Shown here: piece by piece, positions 27,527-36,657 of the stretch
How the letters are laid out: every line of letters starts with the position of its first letter
How positions within the stretch are numbered: the stretch's first letter is position 1
Notes under the pieces: generated by a model
Database searches by the model: none
Seen by the model: only the letters and a program-made list of their open reading frames with translations
What the model was told of the DNA's origin: nothing
From: a virus
Lineage: Duplodnaviria; Caudoviricetes
IMG/VR virus record: IMGVR_UViG_3300020045_001961
Coordinates: 1-48,156 of that record
Reading direction: 5' to 3' (one strand)
Length of the DNA: 48,156 nt
Program-made: the position numbers and the translations under genes

Positions 27527-27698
27527 ACACTAGTTCTGTACCGTCAGGGCCACCATGTTCTACAATATAAACATCCCAACCTAGTTCTTTGACACTATCC
27601 GTGTGACCACAAGTAAGATAAACTTTACCCATTGTTTTTACCTCTCTCTTTTTAAGAGACACAAGTGTGTGTCGCAGTAATCTATCTACTATAGGCAT
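27426..27698 (-). CDS. Small Zn-finger-like protein
   Basis: LTCGH...YCTEC. Confidence 0.5.
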   Translation of the reverse strand: MPIVDRLLRHTLVSLKKREVKTMGKVYLTCGHTDSVKELGWDVYIVEHGGPDGTELVYGSYCTECFVDYLQNNAENVYLNYNEAYEAARD

Positions 27699-28458
27699 CT
27701 TTCAACCTACTCATAGAAATAAATTCAGGGTCAAACCAACCATTCTCAATGTTACGAAGGATAGTCACTCCATGCCACCAATCTTTTTGGGATTGACCAG
27801 CCCAAGTTTCTTCTTTTCCTTTGTAGCAACCAACAACAAGACCTATAATAGGGTTAGGGTGTGCCCCATCTTTGAAATAAATTCCTCTTTTGTGACTGTG
27901 ACCACATACAGATGAACTGTGTCTTTGTTGTAGTAGAGCGTAAGCATGGTGCATCCCACTAATTGCCGTACCGTAGTTACCCGCAGAAAAGTAGTGTGCA
28001 TAGGAAACACCATCATAATCCCGAATAGCTGGCCCACCATTTTCATATGGATGGTAGTCGTCAAACCAGTGATCAGTTTGTAAATGACTGACAGAGATAC
28101 CATACTTACTGCCCTCTAGTCTAGGATCAAGACTAATAGCCTTGTTCAATCTGTGTTCATGGTTCCCGGCAAAGCCAATACGGTAGGGTCTTTTCTTTTT
28201 ACTAACTCTGTATCTATCCCATAACCTACTTTGTGAATCATTGTAGGAGTTAATATCTGCTTCATACGATTGAGATACAATCGCTTTAGGGTATCTTGTG
28301 TCGTAAGAGTTAAGAGAAGATAAGTCAATACCATCACCTAAATCTACTGTGTAGTCGGGTTTAACATCTTCAATGAGTGAACCTAGCCAATCAAAGCGTT
28401 CATTTGTGGCTTCTGGCTTTGCGTGACCGCAGGACCACACCACCGCTGACTTACTCAT
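27682..28458 (-). CDS. Calcineurin-like metallophosphoesterase
   Basis: DLGD, GNHE, H, GHSH motifs. Confidence 0.85.
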   Translation of the reverse strand: MSKSAVVWSCGHAKPEATNERFDWLGSLIEDVKPDYTVDLGDGIDLSSLNSYDTRYPKAIVSQSYEADINSYNDSQSRLWDRYRVSKKKRPYRIGFAGNHEHRLNKAISLDPRLEGSKYGISVSHLQTDHWFDDYHPYENGGPAIRDYDGVSYAHYFSAGNYGTAISGMHHAYALLQQRHSSSVCGHSHKRGIYFKDGAHPNPIIGLVVGCYKGKEETWAGQSQKDWWHGVTILRNIENGWFDPEFISMSRLKDAYSR

Positions 28459-28694
28459 TAGACTTTATCCCACACTTCATAGGGGGCAATCTGTCCCTTG
28501 AACCAACTTACCAATTCGTATGCTTCATTAAAGGTGTCAAAGATAATCTCTTCAATTTCTAAAGCACCGTTTTCCTGTTCAACTAAACAAACAACAAACC
28601 AACCGTGATCATCATCCCAGTCTGGCACATCATAAGTGCAGATTGGTCCCTCTACCACAGAGTAGACTTTTAAACATTTATCAGTCATTTTCAT
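28458..28694 (-). CDS. Acidic hypothetical protein
   Basis: Coupled ORF with SD. Confidence 0.6.
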   Translation of the reverse strand: MKMTDKCLKVYSVVEGPICTYDVPDWDDDHGWFVVCLVEQENGALEIEEIIFDTFNEAYELVSWFKGQIAPYEVWDKV

Positions 28695-28697
28695 ATC

Positions 28698-29228
28698 CTA
28701 TTTTAACTTTGCGAAAGTTCCATGTAAGGTGTAGCAAGCACTTTTATAAACCTCTGCTGCCTCTTCTTTTGAAGAAAAATATCCTAAATGACGAACTAAG
28801 CCGTTTATACATATTTTTGCGACATACTTTTGTAGTGGGCTATGGAAACTAACACCCTTAAAACCTGTTTTGTTATTAACCCTAACACCTTGATTGTGCA
28901 TATTTTGGCTTCTTGTAGCTTCTCTAAGGTTATTTTTTCTATTATTTAAGCCCCAACCATCCAAGTGATCGACAACAAAACCTTGGTTACACTTTAGTAT
29001 GACAGTGTGCATTAATACTGTTTTTCTGTGTTTAGGTTGTATTAACACATTTCTGGCGGCATAAACAACCTCTAGAGTACCGTCTTTCCTAAATTCAGGT
29101 TTAGCATACCAATTGTAGTTCTGTATTAAAGGTACATCATCCAAGTCTATTGCCGCTGTATACCCTCTTGTTAAGATTACCTCTGCATAATCTTGTTTTA
29201 GAACTAAGGGTCTAACTACGGGTTTCAT
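28698..29228 (-). CDS. HNH-AP2 homing endonuclease
   Basis: MHTVIL...VDHLDGWGLNNRKNNLR...TGFKGVS...HLGYF..KEEAA. Confidence 0.9.
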   Translation of the reverse strand: MKPVVRPLVLKQDYAEVILTRGYTAAIDLDDVPLIQNYNWYAKPEFRKDGTLEVVYAARNVLIQPKHRKTVLMHTVILKCNQGFVVDHLDGWGLNNRKNNLREATRSQNMHNQGVRVNNKTGFKGVSFHSPLQKYVAKICINGLVRHLGYFSSKEEAAEVYKSACYTLHGTFAKLK

Positions 29229-29854
29229 TCATTTAACCATTCCTCTGGGATTAGCTTGTCTGCATATCTAAACTTGTTTTTGTCGCACCAGTCTGCATAA
29301 CTTGTTTTAGAACCTTTATTAATCTTTGCTTTAGAGTTACTGAACACAAACCGTATATCTTTGTTTGGGTGCTGCTTCTGGATAAGAAGGTGTTTCTTTC
29401 TATCATTACCCAGAAACCTACCTTTACTCTCTACAATAATACCATTAGGTAAAATCATATCTGGCGTGTATTTTTTAACTTCTTCTAATTTATAAGGTAT
29501 TCTTATCGTTTCATATTGAATAGGAACACCTAAAGATTTAAGTTGATCAGCTACACTAACCTCTAAGAGAGACCTATACCCTAAACTTCTTGCCACTCGA
29601 AATTTGTCTTTTTTATTCAAGAGTGGGTTATCTAGATAGTTTGTGTGCCCAAAAGTGTTCTTGTGACGTATTTCATTAGATTTTTTTCTTTGCCTCTTAA
29701 CATACTCTGGGTTTTTCTTGCAATATCTTGCTTTTTCAGATGAGGCTCTACACGTTTTAGAGCAATAAACCGCATCCGATCTACTACTTTCTGGAACAAC
29801 TTTACTGCACCTTATACAGTATCGTAAAACATAAGGTTTTTTAACCCAAACCAC
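29225..29854 (-). CDS. T7 endonuclease I-like resolvase with N-terminal Zn-finger extension
   Basis: GYRSLLE...YTPDMILPNGIIVESKGRF...DRKKH...DIRFVF; N-terminal CIRC...YCSKTC. Confidence 0.85.
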   Translation of the reverse strand: MVWVKKPYVLRYCIRCSKVVPESSRSDAVYCSKTCRASSEKARYCKKNPEYVKRQRKKSNEIRHKNTFGHTNYLDNPLLNKKDKFRVARSLGYRSLLEVSVADQLKSLGVPIQYETIRIPYKLEEVKKYTPDMILPNGIIVESKGRFLGNDRKKHLLIQKQHPNKDIRFVFSNSKAKINKGSKTSYADWCDKNKFRYADKLIPEEWLNE

Positions 29855-30301
29855 TTATTTAACTACCTCTTCCTCGGGCACATAGTGATCTTTGATCAGT
29901 AAAATCTCTTCCTTTGTAAACCCAAGACCTACTGCTTTATCTACACAGACTTTAGCAGAGAGTTTAAGTTCTCTTTCTTCTTTCAACTTTTTATCGTTGT
30001 CTAGGTCTTCTCCCGTTGGGGGTACTGAACTAAAGTCCTTATACAAGAAAGCCCAACCTTTATCAGTATCAACTGCCTCTAGTGGTACAACAGGACTGTT
30101 ATTAGACTGCACGTAAGCACTATCTGCTAAACGGATAGCTGTAGATTCTGAACTACAATAATGCTTGACGTACTCCAAACCCTCTCCCTCGTCTAGGTCT
30201 GTGTTGGTGTAGACTTGATACAAAATAGGACCGAGTGCTTGTAGGGTGGTGTCCCTCTCTTTAAGGGTATCAGATACTTTAACTAAAACAGGTGCAATCA
30301 T
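29855..30301 (-). CDS. Hypothetical protein
   Basis: YTNTDLDEGEG motif; ATGA coupling at 30298-30301. Confidence 0.6.
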   Translation of the reverse strand: MIAPVLVKVSDTLKERDTTLQALGPILYQVYTNTDLDEGEGLEYVKHYCSSESTAIRLADSAYVQSNNSPVVPLEAVDTDKGWAFLYKDFSSVPPTGEDLDNDKKLKEERELKLSAKVCVDKAVGLGFTKEEILLIKDHYVPEEEVVK

Positions 30302-31026
30302 ACTGGCGGTTCCCAAATTTGATGTTTCTCTCTCTGCAACCAAAGCAGTTGACCATTTTCTACTACCCTAGCATATGCTACATCGGGTGTTAGTTCTGCT
30401 AGGTTAATGTAGGCTTCAACACAAGCATTAAAGAAAGCCTTCTCACTATCACAACCAAGGATTAGTTTGTTAGCTTTAGCTGGACCGATACCATAGATAC
30501 CAATGATGTTATCTACTTTATCCCCTGTCAAGATTTGTAGATAGAAGTTCTCGGTAGCTGCCCAAGCATCTGTTTCTTGCCATTGCCATTTACCGGGGTT
30601 AAAGATAGTACCCGGAATTTGGTTGAAGTCTTTATCAGTCGACACGATAACAAAGTTACCTACACCAGCTTGTGTTGCCCAAGTAGCAATCGCATCATCT
30701 GCTTCTGCACCATCAACCATAATAGCATCATGCTCTAGCATTAAGTAGTTGCGTAGCCCCTGTAGGTGTTCAGGCTTAGGTGTGTCTTTTCGATTACCCT
30801 TATATACCGCCGTTTTGGCAATAGCATGACGATAGTTACCACTCCCTGTCAAGAAAACCTTACGATTAGATTTGTAACCGTAAGGGTCAACTTCTTCCCA
30901 AATGTTAGAGAGCAACTCTTCCATTTTTAAGGTGGCTTGGTCTGCTGGTTGATCTTTTTCTGCAAAGGCACAGCGATATGTGAGAATGTCTCCGTCTACC
31001 AAGATTAACTTATTCACCGAATACAC
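30298..31026 (-). CDS. 5'-3' exonuclease (T7 gp6/RNase H-like)
   Basis: LVDGD, YKGNR, EADD, DKDF, LTGD.VDNI.G..GIGP. Confidence 0.9.
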   Translation of the reverse strand: MYSVNKLILVDGDILTYRCAFAEKDQPADQATLKMEELLSNIWEEVDPYGYKSNRKVFLTGSGNYRHAIAKTAVYKGNRKDTPKPEHLQGLRNYLMLEHDAIMVDGAEADDAIATWATQAGVGNFVIVSTDKDFNQIPGTIFNPGKWQWQETDAWAATENFYLQILTGDKVDNIIGIYGIGPAKANKLILGCDSEKAFFNACVEAYINLAELTPDVAYARVVENGQLLWLQREKHQIWEPPV

Positions 31027-31672
31027 CTTTAAATACGGTTGGGAAAGCTGGACGAATAGCTTCCTTAATTTTCCTTGCTAACACGACATGCTCCAACTGG
31101 GTCACACCCTCATCATCACGTACTTCTAGATAATGCAACCAACTACGCAGAGTACCATTTACATAAAGTTTGCTCATAGTTAAGCCTTCTGGAAGGATAA
31201 CTCTAGCACACTCTTTAGCTACACTGTCTGAAATCATTTGGTTATAGCATCGTTTAGTTGTATTTTTATACCTAACAGTAATATCTTCGGTATTGTCTAA
31301 CACATATTGTTCTAGATCATCTGTAGAGTTTTGTCTGTTCTTAGTGTCTTGTCTACGAAACTCTCGATCAGTAAACTCAATTTCATCAGAGTACCTTTGG
31401 CTAAACTCTTGGAAACTAAAGGATCGGTGGCGTAGTAACTGTCTGCTAATGTCTCTAGGGGCTTCTACCTCTACAACAGCATTACAAATTTCAAAAATTG
31501 ACCAATGTTTGTTTTTGATACAGTAATCTAAGAGACTACCTAATTCTTTATCTTGATGCTGCGGGTTACTGACCCTAGCACAGTAGGCAACTAAACCTTC
31601 TGCACTAGAGACCCGCAACTCGATCAAGGGGGTTGTTACTGCAATCAACCTTGCTTCAAGTTTTGTTTTCAT
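31010..31672 (-). CDS. thyX: Flavin-dependent thymidylate synthase
   Basis: RHRSFSFQEFSQRY ThyX signature. Confidence 0.95.
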   Translation of the reverse strand: MKTKLEARLIAVTTPLIELRVSSAEGLVAYCARVSNPQHQDKELGSLLDYCIKNKHWSIFEICNAVVEVEAPRDISRQLLRHRSFSFQEFSQRYSDEIEFTDREFRRQDTKNRQNSTDDLEQYVLDNTEDITVRYKNTTKRCYNQMISDSVAKECARVILPEGLTMSKLYVNGTLRSWLHYLEVRDDEGVTQLEHVVLARKIKEAIRPAFPTVFKGVFGE

Positions 31673-31914
31673 TCTGTTGGGGCAACCCTGTGTACACTAG
31701 GGAAGGTGTCACCATCAAGAATGTCTTTAACAAAAGCGTGACGCTTAATACCGTTGTACATATGGTTCAGTACCTCACGATAACCTTGAGGCCCATCATA
31801 ACCACCGATACAACCCAAAACAGCATAAAGTACGTCCATTTCTGGTTGATTAAGGGTTAGAGTGTAAGTTTTGGGTGGTACAACAACGGGTTCTGAAATA
31901 ACTTGAATTTTCAT
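31669..31914 (-). CDS. Hypothetical protein
   Basis: Coupled ORF with SD. Confidence 0.6.
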   Translation of the reverse strand: MKIQVISEPVVVPPKTYTLTLNQPEMDVLYAVLGCIGGYDGPQGYREVLNHMYNGIKRHAFVKDILDGDTFPSVHRVAPTE

Positions 31915-31928
31915 ATGTGGTTCCCCTA

Positions 31929-32519
31929 TCAGAACGAGATATTATCTGGGTCTTGAACAGTACCACCTTCATAAGGTACATGATCAGTAATCGCAATCTT
32001 CTCTAGAGTAACAACACAAGTAGGCTTACCCGCTTTATTCTTACCACGGTAGATAGACAATTTTACCTTAGCCTTTGTGCCATTACCAAGCAGACCATCT
32101 TTCATCAACCAAGGTGTGATATGTTCATCTTTGATAAAACCATTACCCCCAGCTTCCTTGAAAGTCTCTGCTGCTTTGTTGTAGTCAAAGACTAGCGGCG
32201 CTCCCATTTCAACCTTGGAACCATCTTCATTCTTGAGATACTTAGAGACCCAAGGCCGTTTAGCTGTGTAGGTACGGAAGGTTTCATCACCAATAGTCAT
32301 ATCTTTGAAGGTTTGATAACCCAAAGCACTTTCAGGAACACCTTTATCTTTCATATCTTGAATTTGTTCATCTGTCAGACGTAGAGTAACTTTAGTTACA
32401 CCATCTGTTTCAGAGTGCATTTCACCCTTGTCGCGGTTTTCTTCAAACACTTGAGCATAGTACAATTGTGTGTCCAAAGTGACCCAAACAGTCTTTGCAT
32501 CTTTATAGTCTTTAGCCAT
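31929..32519 (-). CDS. Single-stranded DNA-binding protein (gp2.5-like)
   Basis: YAQVFEENRD, LGNGTKAKV; acidic C-terminus ending in Phe. Confidence 0.75.
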   Translation of the reverse strand: MAKDYKDAKTVWVTLDTQLYYAQVFEENRDKGEMHSETDGVTKVTLRLTDEQIQDMKDKGVPESALGYQTFKDMTIGDETFRTYTAKRPWVSKYLKNEDGSKVEMGAPLVFDYNKAAETFKEAGGNGFIKDEHITPWLMKDGLLGNGTKAKVKLSIYRGKNKAGKPTCVVTLEKIAITDHVPYEGGTVQDPDNISF

Positions 32520-32539
32520 TAGTTAATTACCTTCCGCTG

Positions 32540-32812
32540 TTATACAGCTTTATATTGTGTTACAGTTACTTCTACTGGCTCTACTTGAAGTAAAACCAAA
32601 TCCTCTACACCATCATCTTGATACTCAGTGGACCCTCTAGACCAATTAGCCTCCCAGAAAGTACCCTCTTTGTACTGGAACACTTGAGAGTATTGGGTGG
32701 ACCACCTACTTTGATCTACAATAGTCGATTGTGTTACCTCTTCAAAATCTGGGTGATCCCCATAGACAATATCTGTTGGGTCTTCTACGGTAGTTAAATC
32801 AAAGTACTTCAT
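32540..32812 (-). CDS. Acidic hypothetical protein
   Basis: SRWS...RGSTEYQD...VEPVEVTVTQY family pattern. Confidence 0.65.
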   Translation of the reverse strand: MKYFDLTTVEDPTDIVYGDHPDFEEVTQSTIVDQSRWSTQYSQVFQYKEGTFWEANWSRGSTEYQDDGVEDLVLLQVEPVEVTVTQYKAV

Positions 32813-32955
32813 TACTTCTCTCCGGCTACTTTATACAAACGCTTCTTACTCGTGTCCCGAATAAATTCTTTACCACCTGCTGCCATACGCATGGGTACAG
32901 AGTGTGCTTTGGTAAGCAGCTTTAGACCCTTAGTTTTCATGGGTGTGTTCTTCAT
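32812..32955 (-). CDS. Small basic protein (47 aa)
   Basis: SD AAAGGAG; first gene after the 33035 promoter. Confidence 0.55.
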   Translation of the reverse strand: MKNTPMKTKGLKLLTKAHSVPMRMAAGGKEFIRDTSKKRLYKVAGEK

Positions 32956-33004
32956 TATTATCTCCTTTGCTGTGGGCAATTCCGGGCTTTACCCTTGAGA
33001 GTAC

Positions 33005-33035
33005 CTTATATAGTGTATACAAAAGGGTTAGGCAA
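33005..33035 (-). promoter_or_regulatory. Phage promoter, TGTATACAC class
   Basis: TTGCCTAACCCTTTTGTATACACTATATAAG on the minus strand. Confidence 0.6.
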
Positions 33036-33051
33036 CCGAAATTTTGAAGAA

Positions 33052-33654
33052 TCAGTGGACCTGACCGTAGTTTTTTCCGAACTGTACGTCTATCCCAAGA
33101 GGTACGTTGAGTTTAAGTTTATCGTTAGTCATAACCATCGCTTCCTTCAATAGTGCTTCTGTCTCTTCTTCTTTACCAATGTCCACCTCAATAAGAATCT
33201 CGTCATGAAATTGCGATACTACTACAACACCAAGTTTACGTACAAAGTAAACCCAAGTATCAAAGCAGTAAGTTCCAGACCCTTGGTTTAATGTAGACCA
33301 AATGTCTCTTTCACTCCGTAACTGATACCAGAAACCAGACACAGGGTTCTTAAGCCACATTGTTTTACCAGTGGATTTTACTTCTTGGCTTTCTGCTACC
33401 TTTTTAATAGCCCAATTCTTGTCCCAATAGGCTTTAAGCAAAGCACTAGAGACTTTAAGTGTAACCCCAAGATCACGGGCAAGTTTGGCTTTGCCAACAC
33501 CGTAAGTACTACTATAGTTAGTAGTCTTACCTTTTTTTCTTAATTCAGAGAGCCTATTAAAAAGTTCTTTTTGTTCACTAAGCGGTAGTTGCTTCATCTG
33601 TTCAAATGTCACCCCAGTACAACCCCTCTGCATATTTTCTAACACGTATAGCAT
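33052..33654 (-). CDS. DNA polymerase A, C-terminal fragment (motifs B and C); likely start GTG ~33612
   Basis: RKKGKTTNYSSTYG, STLNQG, QFHDE, LNVPL...YGQVH. Confidence 0.9.
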   Translation of the reverse strand: MLYVLENMQRGCTGVTFEQMKQLPLSEQKELFNRLSELRKKGKTTNYSSTYGVGKAKLARDLGVTLKVSSALLKAYWDKNWAIKKVAESQEVKSTGKTMWLKNPVSGFWYQLRSERDIWSTLNQGSGTYCFDTWVYFVRKLGVVVVSQFHDEILIEVDIGKEEETEALLKEAMVMTNDKLKLNVPLGIDVQFGKNYGQVH

Positions 33655-34105
33655 CCTCTAAAGAAGAATAAGAACCTAACCAGACACGTTTATCAGAAGT
33701 TTTTATGTAAACACCATAAGTTTTAGTTTTTGGGTGTTGGTATACGCCTCTGTGGCCGTGTTTACTATTTGACTGCACACCCCTGTTTTGGCTGTTGAGG
33801 GTTTTTGTTGCAGGTCTAAGATTTTCAATACGATTGTCTGCGGGGTTCCTGTTAATATGGTCTAACATTTCTGGTAATTTTTCGTGGTGCATCATGTAGA
33901 TAACCCGATGGACTAACTCTTTGTGCTTAACACCACGTTTATCAGTAAAACTTACTATTAAATGACCACTCTTAATAGGTGTTCCTAATGGTTTTCCCAG
34001 AACACGAGAGTTTGAAGCCTTCCTGCGCCAAGAAACACTCTTACCTAAGAGTTTTCCATCAAGAGTGTAGTCAAATAATTCTCTTAACTCTTCTGCTTGA
34101 ACCAC
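33602..34105 (-). CDS. HNH-AP2 endonuclease inserted in the polymerase gene
   Basis: VHRVIY...LDHINRNPADNRIENLR; overlaps both polymerase fragments. Confidence 0.9.
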   Translation of the reverse strand: MVQAEELRELFDYTLDGKLLGKSVSWRRKASNSRVLGKPLGTPIKSGHLIVSFTDKRGVKHKELVHRVIYMMHHEKLPEMLDHINRNPADNRIENLRPATKTLNSQNRGVQSNSKHGHRGVYQHPKTKTYGVYIKTSDKRVWLGSYSSLEDAIRVRKYAEGLYWGDI

Positions 34106-35025
34106 TTAAAAAACTCCAATTCATCTTCTGTCATAAGACCTGCAATAACACACATTTCGACGTGTGGATCGTAATTGGGGTCAGATTTTTGACCTACATA
34201 GTCAGGGTCTAGAGGTTTAATATAATGATCACCTGTACGATTTTCTAAAGCTGTCATATCAGACCCACACAAGACCTTCCCTTGGGGCGCTACGATGCAG
34301 CCCCTAATCTCCTTACCCCATGGTTTGTCGACCCCCGGAATATTGGCTAGGGGCTTCCTGTGCTTAAAACGTAGGGTGTTAGTTAAACCCTCAATAGAGG
34401 CAACAACCTTATCTGCTTTAGCATCTGTCAAATACCCGGTGAAGAACCCGATGCGGTGCTTGATGATGGATAACCCGGCAAGAGTTTCCACAGCGGGGTC
34501 TTTTTCAGCCAATTCAAGAATTTCATCACATAGTTCTCCTTCTTGTGGGTGTCCTTTAAGATACCTAATCTGTGGTATCTGCTTTTCTTCACCTGTTACT
34601 TTGTTTCTGTCAAATTTAAAGTGTCTTGGTTCCCAACCCAAATCATAAAGCCATTTTTTAATCTGTACGTCAGATTGTGGATTAGGTTCTTCATATTCTT
34701 TTACGTAGGTTACTGGTGATGTTGTATCAAGAGGTAGATTCAGTTCAGAAAGAAGCGATTGCCATTTGATACCTTGTGCAGACATACTACCATCTTGCTT
34801 AAGAGGTTTCTTTGGGTATTCCTTAGTTTCCATAACAGGTACTTTAGGCATAGACATACGCAACTGAATGTACTTTTCATCACGTTGTTTCTCAAGTTCT
34901 GTCAAGTGTTCTTGAGCCTTAACAAGATCAACAGTAACAGGGTTAGCTTCCTGCTCTCTTGCACAGTCCATCTTAAAAGACAAGTAGTCCATGTACCTGA
35001 TAGCATCGGGATGAAGTTGTTTCAT
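34084..35025 (-). CDS. DNA polymerase A, central fragment (thumb plus motif A)
   Basis: LTNTLRFKH...NIP, CGSDMTALENR, DPH; ATGA coupling to exonuclease ORF. Confidence 0.9.
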   Translation of the reverse strand: MKQLHPDAIRYMDYLSFKMDCAREQEANPVTVDLVKAQEHLTELEKQRDEKYIQLRMSMPKVPVMETKEYPKKPLKQDGSMSAQGIKWQSLLSELNLPLDTTSPVTYVKEYEEPNPQSDVQIKKWLYDLGWEPRHFKFDRNKVTGEEKQIPQIRYLKGHPQEGELCDEILELAEKDPAVETLAGLSIIKHRIGFFTGYLTDAKADKVVASIEGLTNTLRFKHRKPLANIPGVDKPWGKEIRGCIVAPQGKVLCGSDMTALENRTGDHYIKPLDPDYVGQKSDPNYDPHVEMCVIAGLMTEDELEFFKWFKQKS

Positions 35026-35483
35026 ACGTCTACCCACCCATACAACGCACCTAGTTTACGCTCTAGGTCTTTCCATAAAGCGTAGTTTATTTTCACATCT
35101 TCTTTCACACGTTCTTGGTAAACCTCATAGGGTTGATCTTTCCAATCGTCTACTTTAGGTTTAGCAAAACCATAGTCAGGGCCATAAGACTCTAGACCGT
35201 GCTTAACTCTATCGTAGTGAAGGGTCCAAGAGAGTGCAAGGGTATCAACAAAGTTTAGATAGGTTAGGTTGCTACCAATAATACGATTAAGAGTAACAAG
35301 ATCATGTCGAATAGCGTTATGGCACACAAGTTTAGTATCTGGTTGTTCAACTACCTCTTTCATTACTTTGTAATCATTTGTAGTGTCAATAGTAATACCA
35401 TCGGAGGTCCAAGCCATAACGTGCAGTTTAGTGCAGTCATAGGCCAAACCATCACTCTCAGTGTCCATAACAATAAACTTCAC
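35022..35483 (-). CDS. DNA polymerase A 3'-5' exonuclease domain (separate ORF)
   Basis: ExoI DTESDG, ExoII HNAIRHD, DTL, HGLE, ExoIII Y.ERVKEDV. Confidence 0.88.
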   Translation of the reverse strand: MKFIVMDTESDGLAYDCTKLHVMAWTSDGITIDTTNDYKVMKEVVEQPDTKLVCHNAIRHDLVTLNRIIGSNLTYLNFVDTLALSWTLHYDRVKHGLESYGPDYGFAKPKVDDWKDQPYEVYQERVKEDVKINYALWKDLERKLGALYGWVDV

Positions 35484-35674
35484 TGTAAAACCTCTACTTC
35501 TTGAATATTGTTAGATATCATATAACCACCATACCCGTCTTCATCTGCGTCATACACAGCGTACTTATCTCCCAGTGAAACCTCTGCTGCCTCTTTAGTA
35601 CTATATACAGCATGAACCCAACGTTCGTGGCTATAAGATTCATCACTAAAAGCCATTACAACATATACTTTCAT
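35480..35674 (-). CDS. Hypothetical protein
   Basis: MKVYVV...AVYSTKEAAE motif common in small phage proteins. Confidence 0.6.
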   Translation of the reverse strand: MKVYVVMAFSDESYSHERWVHAVYSTKEAAEVSLGDKYAVYDADEDGYGGYMISNNIQEVEVLQ

Positions 35675-35680
35675 ACTACC

Positions 35681-35905
35681 TCACAACGTAATGGTGATAG
35701 TATCGTCTTTGTAGAGTTTAATACCACTAGGATTCAGTTTAACCCAATCTGCAAAATTGTAGCTTCCTTTGTAAGGCCTGTCTGAAATCTCAGAGAACAT
35801 AATACTGTTTCCCTCCTGGTCTAGAAGGGCAAGATTTTTACCTTCGTTTGTTACTAGCGCAAGAACCTCTGTCGGGATATCATTTTTATATACTTCAAAC
35901 TTCAT
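35681..35905 (-). CDS. Hypothetical protein
   Basis: ORF in operon. Confidence 0.55.
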   Translation of the reverse strand: MKFEVYKNDIPTEVLALVTNEGKNLALLDQEGNSIMFSEISDRPYKGSYNFADWVKLNPSGIKLYKDDTITITL

Positions 35906-36075
35906 TTTGTCATACTCTCCACATTATCTACAAGACGTTTGGCTGCATCACCTGTATAGGTCGTATCTTTATCTGTTGTCAACCCTCCAAGGGTAACTAC
36001 GTCAGAAGCAAGACCTACAGCAAGATCAACAGGGGCCAAGGCAACCTTAGCTACTGACTCTAGAAATCCAAACAT
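35902..36075 (-). CDS. Small conserved-type phage protein (57 aa, not in ORF track)
   Basis: MFGFLESVAKVALAPVDLAVGLASDVVTLGGLTTDKD; overlapping start/stop at both ends. Confidence 0.6.
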   Translation of the reverse strand: MFGFLESVAKVALAPVDLAVGLASDVVTLGGLTTDKDTTYTGDAAKRLVDNVESMTK

Positions 36076-36272
36076 TATACTTTCTCCAACTCTTTTACTG
36101 AACAGACGTACAGGATTTTCTCACCATCAAACTGTACTTTCACAGGCCATGGTACACCTTTTTCTTCTACACCAACAACAAAACCTAGAGTGTTAACTGC
36201 TAGATTGTCGTAATATTCATTGTTTACTAGACGTACTCTATCCCCAACTTCAAACTTCATTAAACTCTCCAT
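36075..36272 (-). CDS. SH3/KOW-like small protein
   Basis: KFEVGDRVR...G.VV...V.FDG...ELEKV. Confidence 0.6.
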   Translation of the reverse strand: MESLMKFEVGDRVRLVNNEYYDNLAVNTLGFVVGVEEKGVPWPVKVQFDGEKILYVCSVKELEKV

Positions 36273-36657
36273 TAGTTAATTTGAACTGTTTAGTCTTTAC
36301 GTTATTACCTACTAACCTAGTGTAGGCTCTCCCACCGTCAATAGACGAATCACCAACAGTCAGAAAATCATGTCTGTGCTGACTGTAGTGATATCCAGAG
36401 GGTGTGTCAAGCATTGTGAACACTTGTCCATTAATCTTATCTGCGTTGCTAATATAGCATACACCAATACGATTAACAAACAGACGAAAGTACTTGTTTC
36501 CAAACTCGGGGTGTGGAGTATCCCGATAAAAGATATCACCAGCATACTCTTCATTACTTAGTGCAGAGGTACAGACGTACTTAATAGGTACACCGTCTTT
36601 TTTAGTATAGAACTCTTCAATGTATTTTGTATCTAAGATAGGTTTATGATTAATCAT
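36250..36657 (-). CDS. Hypothetical protein
   Basis: PHPEFGNKYF and SQHRHDF...IDGGRAYTR motifs. Confidence 0.65.
   Translation of the reverse strand: MINHKPILDTKYIEEFYTKKDGVPIKYVCTSALSNEEYAGDIFYRDTPHPEFGNKYFRLFVNRIGVCYISNADKINGQVFTMLDTPSGYHYSQHRHDFLTVGDSSIDGGRAYTRLVGNNVKTKQFKLTNGEFNEV

Noticed and set aside
33602-34105. Group I intron, intein or ribosomal bypass in the polymerase
   Set aside because: Insert is fully coding and overlaps both fragments; stop codon present; no intein termini; no matched take-off/landing codons seen
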